This document shows positions 54,778 to 64,000 of a stretch of DNA of 64,000 bases, piece after piece. A program made the translations under genes and the position numbers. Origin of the DNA: Azospirillum sp. CAG:239 (lineage in GTDB: Bacteria > Bacillota_I > Bacilli_A > RFN20 > CAG-449); contig CAVJWU010000002.1 in NCBI GenBank assembly GCA_963653535.1, forward strand, positions 15,729 to 79,728, in the 5' to 3' direction. Under the pieces are notes generated by a model. The model searched no databases. It saw nothing but the letters and a program-made list of their open reading frames with translations, and was not told the origin of the DNA. The stretch's first letter is position 1. Each line of letters begins with the position of its first letter.

Positions 54778-54810
54778 AAAACTAGGAATTTTTGAAATTC
54801 CTAGTTTTTA
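54778..54810. terminator. Bidirectional terminator between convergent thrS and the lipoprotein gene
   Basis: AAAACTAGGAATT (54778-54790) / AATTCCTAGTTTT (54796-54808): perfect 10-13 bp palindrome with A/T runs on both sides. Confidence 0.8.
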
Positions 54811-54817
54811 ATTTGGC

Positions 54818-55645
54818 TTATTTTACCTTAGGTCCGGCATTAACCATTTTCCAAGAAGAAGCAAAGTAAACATTAACTTTATTATCGACGTAACCTTCTT
54901 CCCATCCTTCAGGTTTAGTTTCAAAATAAGAATAAACATTTAATGAAGGACAATTATTAAATGCTTTTTTCTTAATTGTAGTGACATTTTCTGATAAAAC
55001 GATTGTTTTAAAATTGTCTAGATAGGCAAAGGCATTAGTATTAATAGTTGTAATAGTATCTGGTAAATAAACTCTTTCTAACGCGAATGGTTCATCTGGT
55101 GCACAGAATGAAGAACCAATTTCTTTAACAACCTTTCCATTATAAGTTTTCGCAATGACAATTTCAGAAACAGATCTAATCATACCTGAAATATAAGGGT
55201 CGAAGGAACTAGCAATATAATAGTTTCTATCACTTGATAAAGTATAATTTACTCCTTCAGTTGAATAAGTATCATTAATGACTGTTTTATTAAATACAGC
55301 AGTATAAACAGTATTCTTAGTTACAGCAGTAAATTCTTTATCCCATCCACTAAATGTATATGAGAAATTTTCATCACTTGGTCGCGTTGGATTTTCTTTT
55401 GTATAACTTGGAACTGAACCACTTTCTATCGTTTCAGTATAAATTGTTTTTGAATCATAATTTTTAAATGTGACGACAACTGGATTAGTAAAAGTTGTAG
55501 ATGATGAACTTTGTTCTGAAGATGAACTTACATTATTACTAGAAGTTGAACTTGAATTATTTTCACTACTAGAAACATTATTACAACTAAATAAACTTAA
55601 ACCAATTAAAGGTAAAATTAATAATTTTGATAAATTAGTTTTCAT
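54818..55645 (-). CDS. Surface lipoprotein with Listeria-Bacteroides repeat (Flg_new-like) and BspA-type leucine-rich repeats
   Basis: 275 aa. Signal peptide with lipobox SLFSC and a Ser/Asn-rich linker. FSYTFSGWDKEF (GW motif of the Flg_new repeat). ITTINTNAFAYLDNFKTIVLSENVTTIKKKAFNNCPSL (LRR_5/BspA style). Confidence 0.65.
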   Translation of the reverse strand: MKTNLSKLLILPLIGLSLFSCNNVSSSENNSSSTSSNNVSSSSEQSSSSTTFTNPVVVTFKNYDSKTIYTETIESGSVPSYTKENPTRPSDENFSYTFSGWDKEFTAVTKNTVYTAVFNKTVINDTYSTEGVNYTLSSDRNYYIASSFDPYISGMIRSVSEIVIAKTYNGKVVKEIGSSFCAPDEPFALERVYLPDTITTINTNAFAYLDNFKTIVLSENVTTIKKKAFNNCPSLNVYSYFETKPEGWEEGYVDNKVNVYFASSWKMVNAGPKVK

Positions 55646-55654
55646 ATTTCTCCT

Positions 55655-55689
55655 TAAAAATAAATTAGTTAGCTCTTCGCTAACTAATT
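55655..55689 (-). terminator. Terminator-like hairpin after the response-regulator operon, abutting the lipoprotein gene RBS
   Basis: AATTAGTTAGC (55663-55673) / GCTAACTAATT (55679-55689): 11-bp stem, 5-nt loop. Followed on the minus strand by TATTTTTAAGGAGAAAT-ATG. Confidence 0.7.
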
Positions 55690-55699
55690 AATAAAAATT

Positions 55700-55963
55700 T
55701 TAGCCGTGTAAACCACGTGCTTGACGATCCATGTCTTCAACGACAATATCGTAAATTTCACCTAAAGATCTACAATATTCAAGAACTTTCCAAGGTTCAT
55801 TTGTATGATAATGAATTTTGATTAATTCATCATCACCAACTGCTAGTAAGCAATCACCAACGAAATTTTTTTCAAAATATTCACTGATTGCATCTTCATC
55901 TAAATTTTTTCCTTCGATTAATAATTGAGTATCATATCTAAATTCGATTGATTGTTCAGCCAT
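55700..55963 (-). CDS. Stand-alone protein resembling the middle domain of FakA/YloV (DAK2-family) proteins
   Basis: 87 aa. FRYDTQLLIEG resembles yGYCTEFli.G, and GDCLLAVGDDELIKIHYHTNEPW resembles GDSl.VVgd....KVHVHTN.P, as I recall them from YloV/FakA. There is no DhaL N-domain and no DegV-like C-domain. GGAGAA RBS. 11 nt after the Hpt gene stop. Confidence 0.55.
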   Translation of the reverse strand: MAEQSIEFRYDTQLLIEGKNLDEDAISEYFEKNFVGDCLLAVGDDELIKIHYHTNEPWKVLEYCRSLGEIYDIVVEDMDRQARGLHG

Positions 55964-55974
55964 AATTTCTCCTT

Positions 55975-56337
55975 CTAGTGATAATCTTTTAATAATGAAA
56001 TAAATTTATAATAAGGGATTTCGATATCTTCAAGTAAAGATAATACATCATCCGATTTTTTATTTCTTAACCTATCACAAACTATAGATATATTATCATA
56101 TAATCGCGTAAAACACAAATAACCAATTTGAGATTTTAATTTATGTGCATACATAAATGCTTGATCTAAATCATTTTCTTGTACTTTTTTATAAGTTTCT
56201 ATGTATAAGTCTTGTTTTAAAAAATTATCTAAAATCACTTTAATGAAGAAATCTTCATCATCGAGAAAATATAATTTTAACGCTTTATCGACATCAATAC
56301 CAATCTTAATGAGATTTTCTTTAAATTTTTTATCCAT
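55975..56337 (-). CDS. Stand-alone histidine phosphotransfer (Hpt) domain protein
   Basis: 120 aa from ATG 56337. MYAH65KLKSQIGYLCFTRL matches the Hpt signature aHxLKGsa..lG...l within a predicted all-helical protein. The start lies 1 nt after the response-regulator stop. The ORF-track start at 56376 would overlap the RR gene by 38 nt. Confidence 0.6.
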   Translation of the reverse strand: MDKKFKENLIKIGIDVDKALKLYFLDDEDFFIKVILDNFLKQDLYIETYKKVQENDLDQAFMYAHKLKSQIGYLCFTRLYDNISIVCDRLRNKKSDDVLSLLEDIEIPYYKFISLLKDYH

Positions 56338-56338
56338 A

Positions 56339-57028
56339 TTAACCTTTATAAATATATAAAATCTTTGGTCTGCCACCAGTAGAATAATCTATTTTTGTCT
56401 CTAAATAGTTTTCTTCCACTAGATAATTTAAATAATGTCTAATCGTTACAATTGATAAAGGTAATTCTTTAGCAATTTGATCACAAGTTACTTCTTTACC
56501 GCCGTTAATTCTTAAGAAATTAATAAGAGTATTTAATGTTTGACCTTGAATACCTTTAGCGATTAAGCCGTTTTCATTAGATTCACTTCTAAAACTAAAT
56601 AATGAATCAATTTCTTGTTGTGAAAGGATTTTTTCACGATCATATTGTTTAAACGCGACAAACTTATCAATAGCTTTTTTAAATCTTTGGTAATCAAAAG
56701 GTTTAATTAAATAATCTAAGCAACCGAGCAAATATAATTTTCTCACTTCATCAAATTTAGTTTCAGCAGTAACCATAATTACTTCATGTTTAAAGCCATA
56801 ACGTTCACGTAATAATTTTAAAAATTGTTCTCCATTCATCTGAGGAAGATAAAAATCAAGAACGATTAAATCGACATAATTTTTATCTAAAAAGTTTAAT
56901 GCTTCTTGTCCGTTACTAACACAAGAAACAACTTCGACATAAGGATTTTTTTCTGTGTAATTACGATTAATTTGAGCGACCATCGGATCATCTTCAACAA
57001 TTAAAACTTTGTATTTTGAAATAGCCAT
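56339..57028 (-). CDS. Response regulator, CitB/DcuR (CitT/DctR) family: REC + C-terminal HTH
   Basis: 229 aa. Acidic pocket D13/D14, phospho-acceptor D58 (LIVLDFYLP), T87 (IMVTA), K109 (YLIKPF). C-terminal HTH (VTCDQIAKELPLSIVTIRHYLNYLVEENYL...GGRPKILY), typical of the citrate/malate regulator family. Confidence 0.85.
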   Translation of the reverse strand: MAISKYKVLIVEDDPMVAQINRNYTEKNPYVEVVSCVSNGQEALNFLDKNYVDLIVLDFYLPQMNGEQFLKLLRERYGFKHEVIMVTAETKFDEVRKLYLLGCLDYLIKPFDYQRFKKAIDKFVAFKQYDREKILSQQEIDSLFSFRSESNENGLIAKGIQGQTLNTLINFLRINGGKEVTCDQIAKELPLSIVTIRHYLNYLVEENYLETKIDYSTGGRPKILYIYKG

Positions 57029-57089
57029 TTAAAAGCCTCCTATACACTTAAATAAGTATAAATGTATACTATTTAAATGTAATAATATT

Positions 57090-57117
57090 AACTAAAAAGT
57101 GACAAAAAATGTCACTT
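57090..57117 (-). terminator. Rho-independent terminator ending the atp operon transcript
   Basis: AAGTGAC (57097-57103) / GTCACTT (57111-57117), 7-nt loop. Followed on the minus strand by TTTTAGTT. Confidence 0.65.
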
Positions 57118-57123
57118 AATAAA

Positions 57124-58053
57124 TTATTCATCAATGTTAATTGTATAAATTTCTTTATCATTACTTAGAGGATTTACGCTGCCATCATTATTCTTTAAAA
57201 GATGAATAATAGAAAAGATATTAAAAGCGATAAAGCCCATAATTGTTGCTAAGGATAATGAATCAACAATATCTAAGATATTTAATGTTAGATTATTAGT
57301 TCCAGTTCCTCCAAGATAATTATTAATACCACATATACCTAAAATAGAACCTAAAACATGTAATAATCCATATACAATAACAAAACCAATTGTTAAATAA
57401 GCATCTAATAAAGTATCTTCAATCTTATCATTAAAAACGATTAAAAAGAATTTTTTAAAACATCTTAACGAAGAGAAAGTTAATAAAGCAACTAGACAAC
57501 CATAGATAATAAATTGATACCCTAGTTCTTTCATAATCAAGATAGATTTTTCATCTATCGTTATTCCACTTTGCGCCATCATCGTATTAAATTTTTCTGG
57601 ATTAGAATAATATAAATTAGTCATTCCGATATAAGAAATACCATCGATAACAAGAAATACTGAAGCGATAATTAATATCACTTTAAGAATTCTTCTTAAG
57701 ATAAAAATATTATTTAATAATGATTTTTTTGGATCAACATTATTTACATCATTAATTTTACTTAATTTATAAATTTTATATAAATAATAAGCAAAATATA
57801 AAGGAAATACTAATTCAATTATCGAAGAAAAAACAATAGAAGTAATACTAGAAGCAGTAATAGATGTAAGAGAGAAAATATTTGAAACAATGGTATAAGC
57901 AAAAATGACAATTGAATAGAAAATTAAACTAATAATAAGGCCAATAAACTTATAAGAAGTAAAATGTTTTTTTAAAGCAATAACCTTATTAGATTCATTT
58001 TCTTTAAAAGATAACATTCTATTAACTTGATTATTTAGTTCTTCTCTATTCAT
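57124..58053 (-). CDS. Uncharacterised polytopic (about 6-TM) membrane protein, last gene of the atp operon
   Basis: 309 aa with about six hydrophobic helices and one ~35-aa loop. I recognise no family motif. Its start codon overlaps the atpC stop (TAATG at 58055-58051). The only terminator lies after this gene. Confidence 0.6.
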   Translation of the reverse strand: MNREELNNQVNRMLSFKENESNKVIALKKHFTSYKFIGLIISLIFYSIVIFAYTIVSNIFSLTSITASSITSIVFSSIIELVFPLYFAYYLYKIYKLSKINDVNNVDPKKSLLNNIFILRRILKVILIIASVFLVIDGISYIGMTNLYYSNPEKFNTMMAQSGITIDEKSILIMKELGYQFIIYGCLVALLTFSSLRCFKKFFLIVFNDKIEDTLLDAYLTIGFVIVYGLLHVLGSILGICGINNYLGGTGTNNLTLNILDIVDSLSLATIMGFIAFNIFSIIHLLKNNDGSVNPLSNDKEIYTINIDE

Positions 58054-58466
58054 TATTTTACTTTACCTTCCCACAAAGCAATACGTGCTTCAGCACGGAT
58101 TAAAGCTTTCTTTGCTCTTTCGATATCAATATTTGGATTAGTTGGAGCTTCACTTAAATAAGCATTAGCTCTTTCAAGAGCTTTTCTCGCTCTATCAATA
58201 TCAATATCATCTTTTAGGTTAAAACTTGCAACGATTAATTTAACTTCTTTTTCTAATACATTTAAGATACCTTCACCAATAAAAGCATATACCCTACCTT
58301 TTGAGACAGAATCAAAATAACAAATACTTGGTTCAATATTAGTCACTAATGGAAAGTGATGAGGAAGAATTGTTAATTCTCCATTACCACTTTTCACATG
58401 TAACAACGTAATATCGACTGGATCTAAAACTCCATTTGGAGTTATTATACTTAAATTATAAGCCAT
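58053..58466 (-). CDS. atpC: F1 ATP synthase epsilon subunit
   Basis: 137 aa. Beta-sandwich N-terminus (L.I.TP.G......V..L.V.S..GE..ILP.H) plus a helical hairpin C-terminus (ID..RA..AL.RA..RL). Follows atpD by 1 nt. Confidence 0.92.
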   Translation of the reverse strand: MAYNLSIITPNGVLDPVDITLLHVKSGNGELTILPHHFPLVTNIEPSICYFDSVSKGRVYAFIGEGILNVLEKEVKLIVASFNLKDDIDIDRARKALERANAYLSEAPTNPNIDIERAKKALIRAEARIALWEGKVK

Positions 58467-58467
58467 A

Positions 58468-60730
<2,263 letters not shown>

Positions 60731-60741
60731 AATCTAACCTC

Positions 60742-62241
60742 CTATCTAGCAAAATAATCTTGCATTACTTTATTTAATTTTTCTTCTAATTCTTTAGAAA
60801 TAATTTTCTTTTCTGTTAATTCATCTAAGATATCTACGTGATTCAAAGAAATTTCTTGATATAAACCATTTAAAGATTCTTTAACTTTAGAAGTTTCAAG
60901 ATCATCTAAATATCTATTTTTCGCCGCGAATAATTCGACGATTTGTTTATTAACATCATATGGTGCGTATTGTTCTTGTTTTAATACTTCCATAAGTTTT
61001 TCACCATGATTTAATACTCTCTTAGTTTCGGCATCAAGATCAGAACCAAATTGTGAGAATGATAATAATTCATGATATGAAGCAAGTTCAATCTTTAATG
61101 AACCAGCAACTTGTTTCATCGCTTTAATTTGAGCAGCTGAACCAACTCTAGATACTGATAAACCAGAATCTACTGCAGGTCTTTGACCAGCGTTAAATAA
61201 TTCAGTTTGTAAGAAGATTTGTCCATCAGTAATTGAAATGACATTAGTTGGAATATAAGCAGAAATATCACCAGCTTGAGTTTCAATGATTGGTAAAGCA
61301 GTAATAGAACCGCCTCCACAACTTTCATTTACTCTACAAGCTCTTTCAAGTAGTCTACTATGTAAATAGAAGACATCGCCTGGATAAGCTTCTCTACCTG
61401 GAGCTCTTCTTAATAATAAAGCCATTGTTCTATAAGCAACTGCGTGTTTAGATAAATCATCATATACGATTAATACGTCTTTACCTTGTTCCATCCATTC
61501 TTCCGCAATAGTTACACCTGAATAAGGAGCGATATATTGAATAGGAGCAAGTTCGCTAGCTGTTGCAGAAACTACTGTAGTATATTCTAAAGCGCCAGCT
61601 TTTCTTAATCTTTCAACGATATGCGCAACTGTCGAATTCTTTTGTCCAATTGCAACATAAATACAATAACAATCTTTGCCTTTTTGGTTTAAGATTGTAT
61701 CAATAGCAATAGCGGTTTTACCTGTTTGTCTATCACCGATAATTAATTCTCTTTGTCCTCTACCAATAGGAATCATTGCATCAATTGCTTTAATACCAGT
61801 TTGGAGTGGAACAGAAACTGATTTACGTGACATAACGCCAGGAGCGATTCTTTCGATTGGTCTTTTGTGATCGAACTTAATATCACCAAGTCCATCAATT
61901 GGTTGGCCTAAGGCATTAACAACTCTACCTAATAAACCATCACCGACTGGAACTTCAACAACTGCGCCAGTTCTTTTAACTAAGTCACCTTCTTTAATTT
62001 CTTCACAAGAGCCTAGCATAACGACACCGACACTTTCTTCGTTGAGGTTAAAAGCCATACCGAAGATATTATTAGGGAATTCTAATAATTCATTAAGCAT
62101 ACATTTATCTAAACCGTAGACAGTTGCAACACCATCACCGATTGAAACAACGCTACCAACGTCATTAGTTTCTAATTTATGAGTATACGATTTGATTTGT
62201 TCTTTAATTAATTCAGAAATTTCATTTGGTTTAATAATCAT
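60742..62241 (-). CDS. atpA: F1 ATP synthase alpha subunit
   Basis: 499 aa. Walker [50 protein letters not shown]. Confidence 0.97.
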   Translation of the reverse strand: MIIKPNEISELIKEQIKSYTHKLETNDVGSVVSIGDGVATVYGLDKCMLNELLEFPNNIFGMAFNLNEESVGVVMLGSCEEIKEGDLVKRTGAVVEVPVGDGLLGRVVNALGQPIDGLGDIKFDHKRPIERIAPGVMSRKSVSVPLQTGIKAIDAMIPIGRGQRELIIGDRQTGKTAIAIDTILNQKGKDCYCIYVAIGQKNSTVAHIVERLRKAGALEYTTVVSATASELAPIQYIAPYSGVTIAEEWMEQGKDVLIVYDDLSKHAVAYRTMALLLRRAPGREAYPGDVFYLHSRLLERACRVNESCGGGSITALPIIETQAGDISAYIPTNVISITDGQIFLQTELFNAGQRPAVDSGLSVSRVGSAAQIKAMKQVAGSLKIELASYHELLSFSQFGSDLDAETKRVLNHGEKLMEVLKQEQYAPYDVNKQIVELFAAKNRYLDDLETSKVKESLNGLYQEISLNHVDILDELTEKKIISKELEEKLNKVMQDYFAR

Positions 62242-62246
62242 CTCGT

Positions 62247-62783
62247 TTATCTCCCTTCTAATAGTACTTGTTTTAATGATTCTACTTTGTTCTTAATAGA
62301 AGCATCAAAAACATAGTCATTGATGACAACTTTAAATCCACCGATTAAGTTTTCATCAATTTTTAATTTAAGATAAATGTTCTTATTTATCTTTTTACCG
62401 ATTGCACTAGCAATCTTTTCAATTTGGTCATTTGATAATTCACTTGAAGCATAGATATATCCTTCAGAAATACCATCTTTTTCATTAGATAAAGTAATAA
62501 ATCCATCAATTATATCTTTAATATAATGAGCGCGATTATTATCAATAATAACCTTAAAAAATGCATTGATATGATGTGAAGGAGCATTGACGATAATTTT
62601 ATCAATCAATTCTTTCTTCTCATCTTTAGAAATAGTGTAGCATTCTAATAATTTAATAAATTGATCATCTTCATGTAATACTTCATTAATTGATTTTAAA
62701 TAATCTCTATATTCAGTATTTTTATTTTCTTCTAAGGCGAGACTTAAAAGAGCTGATGCATATCTACTTGCTAAATTATTCAT
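62247..62783 (-). CDS. atpH: F1 ATP synthase delta (OSCP) subunit
   Basis: 178 aa. N-terminal [12 protein letters not shown] and a C-terminal ...GG..V.I.D.V.D.S...... pattern. Operon position between atpF and atpA. Confidence 0.9.
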   Translation of the reverse strand: MNNLASRYASALLSLALEENKNTEYRDYLKSINEVLHEDDQFIKLLECYTISKDEKKELIDKIIVNAPSHHINAFFKVIIDNNRAHYIKDIIDGFITLSNEKDGISEGYIYASSELSNDQIEKIASAIGKKINKNIYLKLKIDENLIGGFKVVINDYVFDASIKNKVESLKQVLLEGR

Positions 62784-63363
62784 CAGATTCTACTTCCTTA
62801 ATAAAGTCATCGACAATTTTATCATTGTCTGACTTAGTCACTTCTCTTTCTAAAATAGCTTTAGAAGCATCGAGAGCGACATTAACAATTTCTTTACGAA
62901 TTTCTTCTTTTGCTTTATTTTTTTCTTGTTCAATTTCTTTCGCTAATAATTCTTTTTGATGAATTCTTTCTTCATCCATTTCCTTACTAGCGTTTTCTTT
63001 AATAGTTGCTGCATTCTTATTTGCTTCATCGATAATGCTCTTAGCTTGATCTTGTAAAGAAGCAATACGATCATCAGCTTCTTTTTGTTTATTTAATGCA
63101 TCTTCTTTATAAGCTTCAGCATTTTTAACTTGAGAAACTACATAATCTTGACGAGTTTGTAAAATTTTACGAACTGGTTTAAAAACAAAGAATCCGACAA
63201 CGCAGAATAATATTAATGTTGAAGTTAATTGAATGACTAATGATTGCCATGAGCCAAACATCTTATTAACAAATGTATCTTGTCCGACAGGTTGACTTTC
63301 GCATGAAGATAAACTTACTAATGAGATTAAACTAACTAATATTATTGATAATTTCTTTTTCAT
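62776..63363 (-). CDS. atpF: Fo ATP synthase b subunit with lipoprotein-type signal peptide
   Basis: 195 aa. MKKKLSIILVSLISLVSLSSC (lipobox LSSC), then a second hydrophobic helix and the long charged coiled coil typical of subunit b. Operon position between atpE and atpH. Confidence 0.88.
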   Translation of the reverse strand: MKKKLSIILVSLISLVSLSSCESQPVGQDTFVNKMFGSWQSLVIQLTSTLILFCVVGFFVFKPVRKILQTRQDYVVSQVKNAEAYKEDALNKQKEADDRIASLQDQAKSIIDEANKNAATIKENASKEMDEERIHQKELLAKEIEQEKNKAKEEIRKEIVNVALDASKAILEREVTKSDNDKIVDDFIKEVESDE

Positions 63364-63369
63364 TGAGGA

Positions 63370-63639
63370 TTAGTGAACGAATAAGAGTAATAAAGCAATT
63401 AAGAAAGCGTAAATACCAGTTGTTTCACAAAGTGCACAACCTAAGATCATTGTTGAACGAATTGAACCAGCTGCTTCTGGATTTCTTGCAACACCTTCAA
63501 CACCTGCTTTACAAACGTAACCTTCACCGATACCAGGACCAATACCACCAAGTACTGCAATACCTGATCCTAATAACGCTAAACCTGCGCTAAAATATTC
63601 ATTGTAAGTTGCTGCTTCTGCTAATAAATTTAATAACAT
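63370..63639 (-). CDS. atpE: Fo ATP synthase c subunit (two-carboxylate, Na+-type ion-site signature)
   Basis: 89 aa helical hairpin: GIGPGIGE39GY ... ARNPEA loop ... ALCE72T73T74GIY77. Confidence 0.95.
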   Translation of the reverse strand: MLLNLLAEAATYNEYFSAGLALLGSGIAVLGGIGPGIGEGYVCKAGVEGVARNPEAAGSIRSTMILGCALCETTGIYAFLIALLLLFVH

Positions 63640-63654
63640 TTTTATACCTCCTTG

Positions 63655-64000
63655 TTATTTGTTCATTGCGTTAGTTAAGTTTCTCACTTCTTCTAACTTA
63701 GCAAGACTTTCCTTATATTCTTTTTCGTTTTGATTTGCAATGTCTTCTGGAACTTCATTTTTAATTAAAGCCATTGATAACAATGTATAAACAGTGGTTT
63801 GAATGTAAGCACTGAAGACATCAAAGTAAGCGTGTAATACTGGAGCGACTATAACTGCAGGAGAAATAAATCCTCCAGCGAATGTTAAGTGGTTAACTTC
63901 AAACGCCCAATATACCATTCTCATAATAACGTAACCTGCGACTGCATTACCGAACAAACGGAAAGATAAACTTAGTAATGGAGCCCACATTGATAACAAG
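63655..64000 (-). CDS. atpB: Fo ATP synthase a subunit, C-terminal part (gene continues beyond the right window edge)
   Basis: Contains LSLSFRLFGN (the conserved Arg of subunit a) and the C-terminal helices HAYFDVFSAYIQTTVYTLLS. Has an unusual charged C-terminal tail of about 35 aa. Confidence 0.9.
   Translation of the reverse strand, partial: LLSMWAPLLSLSFRLFGNAVAGYVIMRMVYWAFEVNHLTFAGGFISPAVIVAPVLHAYFDVFSAYIQTTVYTLLSMALIKNEVPEDIANQNEKEYKESLAKLEEVRNLTNAMNK

Noticed and set aside
57029-57096. AGTATACATTTATACT inverted repeat upstream of the response-regulator gene as an autoregulatory operator
   Set aside because: The palindrome is short and AT-only and overlaps a plausible -10 element (TATACT). 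This cannot be told apart from chance in 30% GC DNA without binding data.

Overview
AT-rich (about 30% GC by eye) chromosomal segment from a low-GC Bacillota/Mollicutes-lineage bacterium. It uses the standard genetic code: long housekeeping ORFs stay intact with TGA as a stop. I call 60 protein-coding genes, 55 of them on the minus strand, which fits one replichore with co-directional transcription. All family calls rest on motif recognition and synteny by eye; no database or HMM search was run.

Gene order resembles Bacillus synteny blocks:
- asp23-nusB-xseA
- plsY / parE-parC
- hisS-aspS with a T-box
- apt-relA, and recJ-secDF nearby
- ruvAB, obg
- rplU-prp-rpmA
- dnaB-dnaI with thrS nearby
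- divIB-ftsA-ftsZ
- pheST, leuS, tex, efp, ispG, pyk-glk
- a complete F1Fo operon, atpB(partial)EFHAGDC

Several traits point to an Acholeplasma-like or Mollicutes-like organism. This is inference, not proof.
- AtpF carries a lipoprotein signal peptide.
- EF-P has the NKTAM loop in place of KPGKG.
- L27 has an N-terminal extension and the Prp protease gene is present.
- The divIB-ftsA-ftsZ cluster has no mur or pbp genes beside it.
- Lipoproteins have Ser-rich linkers.

I saw no rRNA, tRNA, CRISPR array, transposase, integrase or prophage genes. RNA and regulatory elements I can support are two T-box leaders (hisS-aspS and thrS), a probable L21 leader, two near-consensus sigma-A promoters and many rho-independent terminators.

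The window is mostly ordinary core genome. The non-core items worth a second look are:
1. A very AT-rich NERD-like nuclease plus compact SF1/DUF2075-type ATPase gene, translationally abutted to dnaI.
2. A stand-alone C39 peptidase plus 6-TM protein with no ABC ATPase domain and no visible substrate gene.
3. A kinase-less operon of a CitB/DcuR-type response regulator, an Hpt protein and a free-standing FakA/YloV middle-domain-like protein.
4. A 6-TM protein overlapping the atpC stop codon, together with a c-subunit carrying the two-carboxylate Na+ signature.
5. The division operon extended by a DUF2974 serine hydrolase and a membrane protein.
6. A 32-codon membrane micropeptide coupled to ruvA.
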